Shown piece after piece: positions 49,700-62,644 of a stretch of 64,000 nt of DNA. The position numbers and the translations under genes are program-made. The notes under the pieces are model-generated. The model worked only from the letters and a program-made list of their open reading frames with translations. It was not told the DNA's origin and did not search any database. Source of the stretch: Takakia lepidozioides (taxonomy: Eukaryota; Plantae; Bryophyta); NCBI GenBank assembly GCA_030704615.1, contig CM060734.1:58590001-58654000 (forward strand), read 5' to 3'. The number at the start of each line of letters is the position of its first letter. The first letter of the stretch is position 1.

Positions 49700-51870
49700 G
49701 CCCTGTCGACAGCCGCAGCCGGAGGGCTCGTCTACCCCCGAGGCCAGGTTCCCCCCTCTTGTCCACATCTTGGATGCGCCAGGGGCCGGCTCAGCCAGCT
49801 CTCCTATTCGGGAGGTTGTTGCTGAGCCGGATGCTCAGTTGAGCACACCCACCAAGATGGGTGAAATGTACCTTGGCAAGCACATCACCCATTCGGGGCC
49901 CCGGTATGGGCAACTTTTGGATGTCACCCCCATACCGACCCCTTCCTCCGCAGCAAAGGCTGCACTTGCCAAGGCCCAACGTCAGGTTCAAGGGCCTTTG
50001 AAAGCCTCCATTGCTAGCCCAATGTTATTGATGAGGGAGGAGGAGATGAGGAAGGCCAATGAAGTGGCTGAGATAGCAAAGCGGCTCGAAGAAGTCAAGC
50101 CGGGTGAGGGCTTCTACCTTGCTACACATTTGGGGGGGGGGGAGGAGAGGAAGAGGTATGGGCCGGTTTGGAGCGGCCTAGCTGATCAGCGATGCCACCC
50201 CCTGAGCCTGAGCGGTCAGCAAAGAAGGGCCTGGATTACGGGGCGCCGCCGGCGGCTATGCTCCACATCTGGAATCTACTTCCAGTGGTGCTCCGGAAGG
50301 GGATAGCGCGGGCACATCCGACAACAAAGACTCCTGCCACATCGAGTGACACTGGGGGCGAGTCGGACAAGCTTGCAAAGGTACAACTGTCGCACCTTGT
50401 TCCATGTTTTATCCTTTCCTTTGCATGCATGATTTTCTTTGTTGTTTGTTTCTTTTTTGAATTTGGAAGGGTTATTTGTCTTCAGGAGGCAGCAACATGG
50501 CTGGCCTCATTGGTGCAGTCCGGTGGGGTTGCCAATGAGGGAGAGCACATGGTGTTCATGAAGGACCCGAACACCAAAGGTAAGAAGAAGAGGCCTCGAC
50601 CTCCTGAGATCCCTTTTACCATCAATGAAGGGGCTGCCGATGAGAGAGAGAGAGAGAGAGAGAAGGGAGAGGGAGAAGGAGAGAGAGGAAGTAGCAGGGA
50701 AGGGGAAGGAGATGGTCGTGGAGAAGGGGAAAGGAAAGAAGAAGAAGAAGAAGAAGAAGAAGTCCCATGGAGAGGAAGGGGTGAGTGTGCATGCGGGGGA
50801 GGGCAGTGGGGTAACAAAGGAGCAGGGGAAGGAGGCTACAAAGAAGGGAGAGGGTGGGAGGAAGAACATGGCCTTGGCAATACAAGACGTGGAGTTCGCA
50901 AAGATCGTGGTGCCACCGGTGGAGGTGAATCAACATGGTGACCCCTGCGGTGCGTTTTGGGAGGCTATGAAGAAGTCAGCCTTCGAACTCGCAAAGAGGC
51001 GGTTCCTTTTGCACATCGAGTAGGCTGATCAGCACTTTGGCGCGAAGCGGGCATATGCCCCCTGAGTAGACCGCCGGTTTCCGGGCAATTGGAGTGACCC
51101 AGGGGTGATGGAGATGGTGGGGCGAAACTGAAGGACAGGAGGTACTGTGCCAGACAGATCATTCGGAGGGCAATGGAAAAGGGGGCCATACCCAAACCAC
51201 CTTATGGAATTACACAGGTTGGCAAATCCTGAATCATTTCACCTTCCATTTGTCGCATGTGCATTAATGAGGTGGATTCGATGCAACGTATGTGTGTAAT
51301 TCCCTAATTGTTTGGGGTGGGGTGGGGTGGGGGGCGGGCATAGGTATCGTGGGATGCACTCATTGCGGGAGAGAATGATGCCGCAAACAAGGCCAAATTT
51401 GAGCAGGCACGCAAAGCAACAATAGTCCGCCTTGACAAGCACGAATCCACACACAAGTGGGGTGCCGATGGATCCAAGGGTTTTATCTTGCGATTTGTAA
51501 ATCGTACTTCCCTATGGATTTTGTTATGTCTTCTTTCTGGCTCCATCATCGCAAAGAACTAACTTTAATTTGTGGCATGTGTAACAACGCGCGTTTGAGA
51601 GGAAGCCATCTCCGGTAGAGTACAACTACGCCAAGGAGCATGGTTGAAAATCCCTCATAAAGAACATGGCCAACACGGAGGGGATGAGTGCACAACAGGG
51701 CACTAATATGGATGAGGTCGGGGGTCATGGCCAGGGACTGGTTGAGAGCTCTATGGGACTTAGGGAAACGCCGCCTTTTTTAGGTGCTCTGGCAAAGGGC
51801 GCGGAGTCATCAGGCTCATCGGATAGCTCTGAGTCCTCTACTAAGGATGAGGATGAGGATGAGGATGACT
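49700..51870 (+). pseudogene. CACTA TnpA-like accessory gene remnants
   Basis: VEVNQHGDPCGAFW..., LKDRRY..., THKWGADG motifs upstream of a CACTA terminus. Confidence 0.5.
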
Positions 51871-52149
51871 AGTCCTAGTCCATGTAGGTCCCAGGGTCAG
51901 CCTACTGAACCCTTGTGAGCTTTTCAACTCATTTCCTGTAAATATATTTTCATCTTTCCATCTTCCATCTTATTCATGTGTCGCACAGTCCTCACCCTCG
52001 ATTCATGCTTGCTCAATTGTGTACCTGCTAAATCAGAGAAATGGAAGTTGTCATCCCCAAAAACAAAACCAGACAAAAAACAAAAACCACCCCCAATTCA
52101 CCCCCAAAATCAACCCCCAAACCCCCCCCCCCCCCCCCCCCACCAGGCT

Positions 52150-52864
52150 GGCCTCGCGACTGCAGGACGTCGTAATTGGCGACGTGTTTTTTGGGCGGGG
52201 GTCGCAAGCCGCGACGGGTCGTGCTTCGCAAATCCCATCTGCGGGCAACAACGCCCAACACCCCCTGCGACGTGTTTTTTTTGGTCCAGGGGTCGCAAGC
52301 CGCGACGCCCTGGCGTCGTGGAGCCCGCCACCCTGCCTGCGCCTCATCTTTTATTTTTTTGATTAAATATAAAGAAAGCGATGCCAGAGCGTCGCGAAAA
52401 CCCATGTCCGGGCGTGGCGGAGCTCGACTCTTGCTCCTGTTGTTTTTTTTTTTTGCAACGCCCAATAGTCGCTTGGCGTACCACCCGGCTTACGCCACAT
52501 GTTTTTGGGTTTTAGGATGGGACTCCCGGGCAGGTTAGAAAAAAAAAGGGATGCGACGCCGCGCCGTCGCCCCCACCAATGCCATCGGCTGGAGGGCAAC
52601 GACGGCGAGACGTCGCTCGAAGGAGGCCCCCGCCATCGGCGCGGACGGCCCGAAAAGCGACGTCCGGCAGTCGCGGAAGTTGGGGCGGGGGCTCGCGACC
52701 CCCATACGTCGCATTTTTGCGACGTCTTTTTGGCGACGCCCATGCGACTGCCGGCGACGGCCGGGTGTCGCAAATTCGGCGCCTGCCCCGTGCCCGAAAT
52801 GGGAGTTTTTTTCGACGCTGCGGCGTGGCCCGGGCGTTGCAAAGGCCCCCCTTTTCCTGTAGTG
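52150..52864. mobile_element. CACTA right terminus with GC-rich subterminal repeats
   Basis: Ends in ...TTTTCCTGTAGTG (reverse complement CACTACAGG); repeated GCGAC/GTCGC motifs. Confidence 0.8.
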
Positions 52865-52869
52865 CATGT

Positions 52870-52920
52870 AGGTATTATCAGGTATCAAGTATCAGGTATC
52901 AGGTATCAGGTATTAGGTAT
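52870..52920. repeat. (AGGTATC)n tandem repeat
   Basis: Several consecutive 7-bp units. Confidence 0.8.
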
Positions 52921-54239
52921 TAGTGGAGGTATATCAGGATCTCACTCATTTTTGGCACCAATGCGTGGTCTCTCCCTTATAGGGAGGAGCCAATAAAGGT
53001 GTCTTGGAAAAAATAACCAAGACTTGAGGCCATGAAGCATTACATCACAAGCGATTGGGAACCCCCAGTAACCAGCCTCCTAGGGCTAAGCTCTACTCCC
53101 AACCTAGCTGGCAAACTGTTTGACCAGCGAGCTGAAGACTGCATGAGAGCACTGAAGCTAAAGCACAACAGAAGAGAGCCAAGAATAGAATGAGGCTAAA
53201 CTGTGGGAAACCAGATGCCAGTCATCTGGGTGCTAATCACTATACCCCTTCCAGGATTACCGAGTAATCTACGAGCAGCAGCTAGGACTAAATAGTAACC
53301 ACCAAAGAGCATAAAAAATGGGGCAACTTCATCTGGAACCAGCCAGAAAACTGAAAACTCCATAAGAGTACTGTCACTAATGAAGAGTACAACTAAATAT
53401 CAATTTTGGCATGAGGCAGAAAAAAGCTATTGAATAATATTATATAGTCACTTACATCATAATCAAATTCAAGTATCGTTGGCTACAATAACAGTTTTGC
53501 AAACGCTATCGCTTGCTTGCTTGTGACCTTCGTTTTGCACACCTTGGTTTGTCTACACCACTATCACTTGTGCTTGCCTATGCTTTGCTAGTGCCTCTCT
53601 TTGTGACCTTTGTTTTTTCTTTTCTGCTTTTGCTAGTCTACTTGGTTTCTCATCTGCCGGCCTGGTCTTCACTCTTGTTGACTCAGTTATTTTTTCCTCT
53701 GATTAATTCGATTGAATGGCTATCTCCTATCCCATTCCTTGCAAAAGTAAGAAAATAAAGAATACATCATAAGCTATAATTAGACTCATAATCTGGAGCG
53801 TTTTAACATCTTTTTGTTGTATTGACGCTGAAATTGGACAACACCTGGCGCACAAGCCGCTTAGTGGCTCCTCCTTGGTAAATAGTGAGATCTACTACAT
53901 AGTTCTACTTATTATCATTTTAATTCTATCATAAATTTCATCCTCTTCTATGGTTGCTTTCTCAGCCTTTTACAATGATAAGGTTTATCTTACATTATCT
54001 TTTTCCTTAGGGATAGTACAACCGGATTTTCGCACTGATGCATCTAGTTCTAGCGACGACCGAAGGTAGACTGCCCGAAATGCCCGAAAATAACCGTGTC
54101 TTGTAGCGCGGGGAAGCGACGATGATGCCCCAGCGTGGTTGAGTGCGGAGGGGTGTCACACACCGATCTCAGATCCTACATGCTGCACAACCTTTTTCAC
54201 AGATAATAGAGAGAGGAGAAGCTCTGGAATGAATACGTT

Positions 54240-55325
54240 CAGATTCATCCAAGAGGGCCGGATTTCAAGCTCCAGAGAGGTCCATGCTACCATTGAAAGT
54301 TGGAACCATGCCAACTATTATTCTGGACACTACTGTGGTGGACATGTATGCCAAGGTGACGATGACGTGGTTACGATGACATGGCTACGAAACGTGGCGA
54401 CGATGATGTGGCACTAAGGCACCCTATATCTGCTGTACGAATGAACACTTTTCCGACCCGAGTCACTGGTGGGACAATGGAGACAAAAAGGTGAATGCCT
54501 GTTGGACTACAAAGAGAAGTAGATGAAATTCAGAATTGGAACTACTGTAATAAGTAGGGTTGGGATGTCTGCTAGAAGAACTTCATGCCGTCAATCCTAA
54601 ATTTCCATGTTGAATTCTGCAAGTTAGTTGGTTGACTGAATCTAGTTTGGAGTGACTTTGACATGATACTGCCAATGCGATAACAGGAAAGTATCCAAAA
54701 ATAGGTAACAAAGATGAGGAGAGGGTGTGGAATGAATACTTTTCTGCCCCCAGTCAATGGTGGGACAGCAAAGGCAAAACGTTGAATGCTTGCTAGATGA
54801 CAGAGAGTAGGAGACGCAATTCAACATAGGAACTAGTGTGATTGGGTGTTTCCTAGAACAAATCTAGGCTGTCATTGTCAGATGCTAGCAGCAAGGGCAA
54901 AGATGAATGTATGATTTGTGCGGAGGCATGGATAGCTGAAAGAGAAGGGATAGAGTATGGGTCCAGATATCCAAGAGGGCCAGATTTCAAGCACAAGATT
55001 ACGTATGATTTCCTGTGGATCAATAGCTACAAGAAACCTGCATGCGTAGATGGTCAATTAAAGGCAGCAGCTGCAGTGGCACAATTGATAAAATCAGGCA
55101 GTACCTCAACCTTGACCAGAGGATCAAGAGAGGGAGGCCACAATGCCTCTTCCGGCACTTATGGGCATGTGAAGATGCTTTGTGAGGCAGGCAGACTGAA
55201 AGAGGCTCTACAGACTTTAAACCAATGAGGAATTTCAGCAGATTCCGATACGTATGTCTATCTCTTGTATAAGTGTATCAAGATGAAAGGTCTTGAAGTT
55301 GGAAAGCAGGTGCACACGAGGGGTG
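54240..55325 (+). pseudogene. PPR gene 5' fragments
   Basis: VVDMYAK near 54340; VKMLCEAGRLKEAL...DTYVYLLYKC...GKQVH. Confidence 0.7.
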
Positions 55326-56315
55326 AAGCCCATCCTCGTTTGGGCAGTTGCAGGATTGGGTGGATCAAAAGCGGCACATGTTGAGTCCATTAGAAGTCCA
55401 TGGATTTTATTTTTTTTGAGTCTATTGCTTTTAGTTTATTCTTAAAAAAATAGATAGAATTATGAGGTGTAGATTGCAATAGCAGTGTGACTGGCCTTTA
55501 ATTGAATGGACTAAGAGCAGAGACGAGCGAACGTGCAGGGATGCCTCGGCATGAGCCTGGTGGTGTGAGCGCAGCAGCGCTCACGCCACAAGGCCTTGAA
55601 CAAATGCCACGTCACCGGGCTCACTCCACGTTAGACGAACTTAAACGCCACGTCAACGCGCGCCAAGTAAGAAGTAGAGTGTATTTCCGCGGAAGAGCAC
55701 CCTCAACCGCGGAAACAAGTTGGACGAAATAATAAAAGGACGTGGTCATTCCTACCTGAAAGCAACAGATGAATGCAGGATGGATGAATGTAGAGTGGAT
55801 GAGAAATAGATGGATGTGTGGGAACAATGCAAGCAGATGGATGAATGTGGGATGGATGAGAGTACAATGGATGTTGAATAATGGAAAACATTCTTGAATG
55901 GAGGATGCATGAATACACAGTAGATGAATGCACAATGGATATGACATAAGTGTGAGGGGTTTGTGGGATGGATTCATGAAGATTGACATTTGAATCTGAG
56001 TGGATTGTTTGTTTCATTTTCTTTTCTGCCGGAACAACTGCAATGAGGCAAGGGAATTCAATCATTTCCAAATAGGATATAAACAGAGCATTAAAAATGC
56101 GAAGTTCAGTCTGACTCAGAGTCAGTACAATGTATCCCCGCGTCCTCTGCATCCAAGTCCAAGAATTTAATAACTCCGGATCTACGATGGCTACTCCTGC
56201 GATCGGGCAATAAGAAGTCAGGGGATAGAGCCTCGGCCATTTGAAGTGCCATTGCTTCGGCATACACAGGAAGCACAAAAGTGGAAAGGGGACTGTCGAA
56301 ATCAGTCTCGGCACA

Positions 56316-59200
56316 AATGGGGGTTTCTCCTGAAGATCCATCGCTGCCATTCCTTCTACCCAGGCTTGTTGCACCCGTCCATCAGCAGCCTACTGCAAAT
56401 CCTTGCTCGTACCCCACAATGGAGTGTGAGCAACCATGGCAGGCAACTCCGCCGTACCATGCATGTCATCCTGTTCTGCTGGAGGTGGCGCATCCTCTGC
56501 ATGGGCATTGCCTTCCAGCAACTCTCCAGGCCAACTAACTGCAGCTGTAAAGGCGGCTAGTGTTGGCATCTTGCCCCGCTGGGCAGCCGCAATACCCCCA
56601 ATGAATGTCACAGGGAGCTGTGCACGACGACCATCCCCTGACTGCCATCCAGGCCTGTAGGATGCTGACTCCTCCCAAAAGTCCAGGGTGAAGCCCATGG
56701 GGTATAACACTGCCCCACGAACGATGACATCGTAAGAGACCGCGTCTGTCACAATGGCTTTGGCTCGCATCACTGAGCCATCTCTAGGATGATCCGGCTG
56801 CAGTCTAATGGCCAACTCACGCCGTGTTATGCCTCGAGCCTGCTCTGATCCTCCCAGAGATGTCTGTATCTAGAAAGGACAAGGCTCCATATCCGCCTCC
56901 ATGAGGCCCAAACCTGTGATAGCAGCTCTGCCCAACATCAGTGGCTGAGCTCCCGAGTCCAACAAGACCCGAAGTGGCCGGTACTTCTTGTCTGCCGGTC
57001 CACTCAATGAGAAAACGCCCTCATGGTTGTCTAACAAGACAACTCCAGGTGTCACCATGGCGCGCTCAAAGGCTGGCCTAGCTGGCAACTCCGTCAATCT
57101 GGCAGCTGCAGCTTGCCATGGCGCAGCCATGGCAGACTTTACCCTCAAATCCGAGGATCCCTCTGCCACTACACCTTCCACTAGCTCCGCAGAAGATAAA
57201 GTGACCTCCCCATTCTCGCAGAGTGTTGCTGCTAGTCTGAACACTGCATCTGGTCTTACCCCCGGCGTCGCAATCATGGTTGCCGAGAACAGTGGAGCTT
57301 GACACACAGAGGTGGCTGCCCCCAATAACACACCGGCTGCACTAGCCTTGGCAGCAGGTGTCAGTGCTGCACGTGTAGCTCTCCCCAATGGCATAGTAAC
57401 CTCCACCTCGGTGACAGTCGGGCGAGAACTAGGTGCCATGGATGGCGTCGACACAGTCTCCGCCAATGTGAATGACTGAGGAAGCCTCGCCTGACGGCTT
57501 GCCTCCCCACGCTGTGGATCCAATTCCATCTCTGCACCTCGTGGCTCAGGAACTTGTGATGCTCCTCGAATCACGGCTGCAGCAGACTCCACCTGCTCTA
57601 GTGGTAGTGCTGCTCCGCACATGAATCCCATGCCTCCCATATCTCCTCCCTCAGGAGCAGGAGGTGGACCATCCCGCCTGGGAGCCGGTACCGCCTGAGT
57701 TGTAGCCATGGCAGCGAGCCTCTGCTCTAGCTGCTGAAGCCGGTTGGCCATGCCTTGGTCAATACCCTGACCTCCGCGTCCTTGGCCATGTTGAGCTTGT
57801 CCTTGGCCTGTACCTCGTGCCTGGCCACCTCGTCCTCTCTGGGCTGGTCCACCTCGCCCCTGGCCACCATTGTTCCCTTGGAACTGGCCTGGGCGCAACT
57901 CAGGATGCAAGTCATAACACTGGGCATCTCCATGCCCATACTTGCCACAATGCCCACACTGCAACTGTGCAGGCTGTACTTGTGCCGGCCTTCTGCCACT
58001 CTCTGGGCAATCTCTTTTGACATGGGGTCCTCCACATGTCCAACATATCACCCCCGGTTGCTGTTGGCCTGCAAAAGATACCACGGGCCTCTACATCTGA
58101 GGTCCCATGTAAGCTCCATGGAACTTGGGCTGGGCAACCTTGCCCCCCTGACCACGCTGTTGGGGAATACCTTGTGCTTGTGGGCTGGCAGCTGCGCCTC
58201 GTGCAGGCATGTCCTTACCAAATCCAATGGTAACAACTTGCGCCTCCACCATGTTGAGCTCAATCCGCTCAACCAGTAGAAACACATCTGCTAATGTGGG
58301 TTGGGCTGCTTGTAACAGGGTTGCATCTCGCACCCTTCTCTTGAGCTCCTTGTCCAGAATTCCATACCAAAACTGGATTGCCTGAGCTTCAGTAACCCCT
58401 TGGGTCACACTTATCAAGCACCTCATACGAGTGTACGCCTCTCGCAGGCTCTCACTGGGTTTGCGCTGGAAGTCTTGCAAACTTTGCAGCTTCTCTGTCC
58501 GTACACCTTGGTAGTTCCTCCGCAACTCCTGGAAGAACTCCACCACCGGGTTGAATCTAGGCACATGTGTTGTAGTCGTGGCAGGAGGAGTAGTAGCACC
58601 TTTTGAATTGGTACCACCTACAGAAGTACCGGCACTACTTGTTCCACTACTAGTGCTGGCAGTGGGAGATATTGGTACAAATGCAGCTACTGGTCGCGTC
58701 GTGCCTCGAGTAATGGAGACGTAGTCAGGTGACCAATACAACCTCCACTCCTCAATTTCTGCTTCATGTCCTCGCCTGAACTCGTGGTAATCGTCCATAG
58801 GTGGGCCTTCCAAATGCTGGAACAGTCCCTTCCACGCCATGAATGGGGTGAATAGCTGTGGATTGCGCATTTGTTGCAAATCACACCAGCTGTCGAACTC
58901 CTGGATAAAGTCATCCAGCTCAATTGTGCCCACAGCTCTAGAGTACCTACGAGGCCCCTTGGTAGCTCCATACATCTCATCCATGTCGTCCCACAACAAT
59001 GGCGAATGAAACTGCACACCTGTTGATGAAGCCTCCGAGTCTGTGTCTGACTCTGCAGTAGTTGAGGGTGGAGGTGAAGGTGGTCTAAAACGAACACCTC
59101 GTCTGGTGAACCCACTCTCACTGTTACTGCCTGTAGCCGTACTCCCCTCAAAACCCTTGGGTAACTCCGTGATGACACTCACAATGTGCACCTCCCCCAC
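56316..59200 (-). pseudogene. Gag and aspartic protease of the outer Gypsy, degenerate
   Basis: Capsid-like FQRKPSESLREAYTRM; knuckles CWTCGGPHVKRDC and CGHCGKYGHGDAQC; protease VLLDSGAQP; stops at 58091 and 56870. Confidence 0.88.
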
Positions 59201-59730
59201 GTGACACTATAAGGCTCTAGTACTAATTCTAATAGTGACACGGGTAGGCACCTGTTGCAGTTTAAGGGTCATATCCCAGTGGCTTAGGGCACCTGCACCT
59301 GCATCCACCGCAAGAACTCCTATGGTTGGCTGGTCATCAACCCAGTCTCACCATAGAAGAAACACTGGTGGTCTTGCTGGTCATCACTCCAGCCTCACCA
59401 CCGACAGCATACTCTAGGATTGACCGGTGATCAAATCCGGCCTAATCCCTATGAAAGCAAGCGCCCACACAAAACCAACATGGCGCACAGTCAAGCATGC
59501 AGGTGTTGGGGGGATCCAAACACAAGAAATCAAAACATCAACACCCCCACACCAAAATCCATCTGCAGTGCTGACCTGCAGAATATCCCAGCCCAAAACC
59601 CCGGACTGACTGGCCTCCATCAAGAGAGGCTTTGGCAACTACAAGTACAAAGTAATGAAAATAGTAAAGAGAGGGAGAAGAAGAATAGAAGCCCGACCAA
59701 GCAAGATCTAATCCTGATCTATACTATCAA

Positions 59731-60468
59731 CTACCAGACTTCTCTCAAAGTGCCTCGCTCTGCATGATGGTAAGGTGTTGGAGGTATATCTATGTCCAGA
59801 AACCTGCCACTAACCTTGTCCCAAGCTACAGTAGTTCGCTCTAACCAACCCTCCTCCTCTTTCTGCCAGGTAGAGACAAAGCAATACTCCCCTATCTCCC
59901 GCTCACTGAACACTAAAGAAAACAAAGGTAGGGTCTGATAGTCTCTCAACTCGAAAGCTTTGAGACGGTTGCGGGTGTCCTCGTTGCGAATGACTGTATC
60001 TCCTTCAAGCAAAACAAACTTGTCATTGCTAATGAACCCCCGCTCATGGTTGCCTTGTGCAGAGTGTGTCCGGCTGCAACCATGTCTGATTGCACAAACT
60101 TGTGTAGCTCCTGCTCATCTGCTCCAGTACACCACGGCCTTGTGGCTGAACACCTTGGTCCCCGGGGCTGTCTTTGGCTGTGTTCCAAGCCTAGCTTTCA
60201 CCCACTTTGGTATTTCACCTACAGCTGCAGAACTGCTGGCTCCAGCAGAGTTTTGACTGTCCAAAGCGATATTGAGGCCCTCAACGCCAACTACAACAGT
60301 TTGTTGTCTACTGCTAATGCCTGACTCCCAGTATGCAATCAACTCGTCCAACTGCTCTCCACTCAAATCAGTCTGAGTTCCTTGAGAAACATAAATCTTG
60401 TCCCCTTGTGTGCACAGGCTAAGAGAAGAGACCTGCCCTTCAATTACATCCTCATTTCCCCCAGCCAT
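59731..60468 (-). pseudogene. Extra ORF upstream of gag (about 245 codons, one in-frame stop), function unknown
   Basis: ORFs 60115-60468 and 59731-60012 share a frame and the element's strand. Confidence 0.45.
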
Positions 60469-60884
60469 ACAAGGAGGACATCCACAGATTTGTCTCTCAT
60501 ATAAACCAGAACAGGTTCTAGAAATAGAATTGTGGATCTTTCACGGCACACTCACACTCTAAAAATTCCATAGATTTTTAGCAGAGTCCAAAAAACTAAA
60601 ACCAGGTCTAGATAGGTAGATTTCCCTTTTCTGCAGCTATCCCCCCAAAACTGTACCAAACAGAGCTCATATGACAAAGATATGACCAATTAGGCTCTAA
60701 ATCATTTGAATTAGATCAAAAAGGCCTTTTTTTCTTTTTTTTTTTAACACCAAAACGTTCTCGCCATTAAAAACTGTTCCCAGGTTATCTACAAGTTCCC
60801 GAGGCCGTTCTCCGACTATGTTGACTCCGGGTCTTTGCTCTCACGGGGCTTCATGTTCGCCATCGCCCTGCACCATCTTGTCCA

Positions 60885-62478
60885 TTGGAGAGCTTGGCAC
60901 AGCTGAGCGTGTTATGCGAGAGGTTATATACCTCCCAGGATCCAGCGGAAAGAGCGCACGCTGAGAATACGTTAGCTTGTTTTTCTCTAAATACAGAGTA
61001 CATATCGCAGTGCCAGTACATTCTTGACAATTCCTCTTCCCCCTACACGCAGCTGCTAGCGAGCTCCAGCCTCGTGAAGCAGGTAATAGAACACACGCAT
61101 TCGTTTCAGCTGCGGCTGGATATCAGAAACTATTTAGTGAGATATTTGGCGTCCAAGGGGCAGGAATTGCAGTAATTTGTGACGACATCCCTCATTCAAC
61201 TGCTGTGTCGCATAACCAAGCTGGGATGGTACGACGACGATGGATTCCGGGACATTGTCAAGGAAGCCATGAAGTTTTTGACGCAGGCCACGGTCGAGCA
61301 TTTTCTGATTGGCTTGAAGATCCTCAACCAGCAAATTGCGGAAATGAATCAAGCCAACCCAGGGCTATCCCAAACACATCATCGGAAAACAGCATGCTCT
61401 TTCAGGGACCTTGCGCTATTCCAGATTTCCCTCACTTCTTTCGATTTTGTGGGGACATCACTCGATGAAAGCTCTGAGGACCTTGGGACAATTCAGATAC
61501 CTTCATCTTGGCGGGCAGTCTTGGAAGACACCTCCACAATGCAACTGTTCTTCGACTACTATGCTTCCACAAACCCCCCCCTGTCCAATGAAGCGCTGGA
61601 GTGCCTTGTTCGATTGGCGCAGGGGGGAGATAGAGCGGTCCAAGTTCTTGTCTCACTTGATGAGTGGCACACGGGAGATACTGCGGACTCAGCAGGGGCT
61701 TTCAGAGCAATAAAATTATCATGAATACTGCCGGCTTCTTGGTCGCCTTAAAACAAACTACCAGCTCTCTGAGCTTGTGAGTGTTGAAAATGATGGTGAT
61801 TGGATTAGACTGGTGGCAGAGTTCATCATTCAGTCTCTGTAGTCATGGCAGTGGGCCAGTGGTAGCGTTTACTATCTGCTTGGCTTATGGTCCCGACTAG
61901 TTTCATCTATGCCCTATTTGAAGAGTGATTCCCCCAGCCTCCTTGACAGCTATGTTCCCAAAATAACTGAAACTTACATTACCTCCAGGCTCGACTCTGT
62001 ACAGGCAGTGCTACAGAACAACATTGCGGAAGATCCTCTGGACAATGAGGAACATCTGCAGGATCAACTGGACAGCCTACCTTATCTCTGTCGATTTTAG
62101 TACGACAAGACTAGCACTTACATTATTACCCTTCTGGAGCCCATTTTGCAGGCATACACAGAAAGTACAAGATTGCAAACAGGTTTAGACAGCACGCAGT
62201 TGCAGGCTATGGAGGGGCAGCTTACGTGGTTGGTGCATATCATAGGCGCCATTATTAGGGGAAGGCAAAGCTCGAGCAGCAGTACAGAGCCTCAAGAGGT
62301 GATTGATGGAGAACTGGCAGCTCGTGTTTTCCAACTAATTCAAGTCACTGACACAGGGTCCCATGTCCAACGTCATCTTCATAGTAGCAAGCAGAGGCTA
62401 GACCTGGCAATCCTCTCCTTCTTTCAAAACTTCCGTAGGGTTTATGTGGGTGACCAGGCCATGCACTCCAGCAAGCAG
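60885..62478 (+). pseudogene. XPO7: Exportin-7 (RanBP16-like) processed pseudogene, N-terminal half
   Basis: ESLAQL...CERLY...SQCQYILD...FDFVGTSLDES...YQLSELV...YVGDQAMHSSK read continuously without introns; start codon disrupted; several stops and small deletions. Confidence 0.9.
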
Positions 62479-62626
62479 CAACACTTCAAATGGTTTCCGC
62501 CTTCCTGTTCTGCTCCACTCGGCACACATAGCCAGTCTAACTGCAGGCTCCCTGTGACCAAGCTATATTATAATAGTGCTTAAAAAACAGAAAACATCAT
62601 ATCTAGCTTAGCACTAGAAAACTAGA

Positions 62627-62644
62627 CAGCTCATCTCTCTCGAG
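62627..62644 (-). promoter_or_regulatory. Primer binding site complementary to the element's own LTR (self-priming type)
   Basis: 62627-62645 is the exact reverse complement of 62836-62854; no tRNA-type TGG start. Confidence 0.75.

Noticed and set aside
49194-49766. 190-aa minus-strand ORF resembling a DIRS gag end
   Set aside because: No diagnostic motif or adjacent RT; left unassigned.
40495-55700. GTGAGCG/GCCACGTCA-rich patches at about 40500 and 55500 as TIRs of the MULE
   Set aside because: Only short motifs are shared; there is no continuous alignment or TSD.
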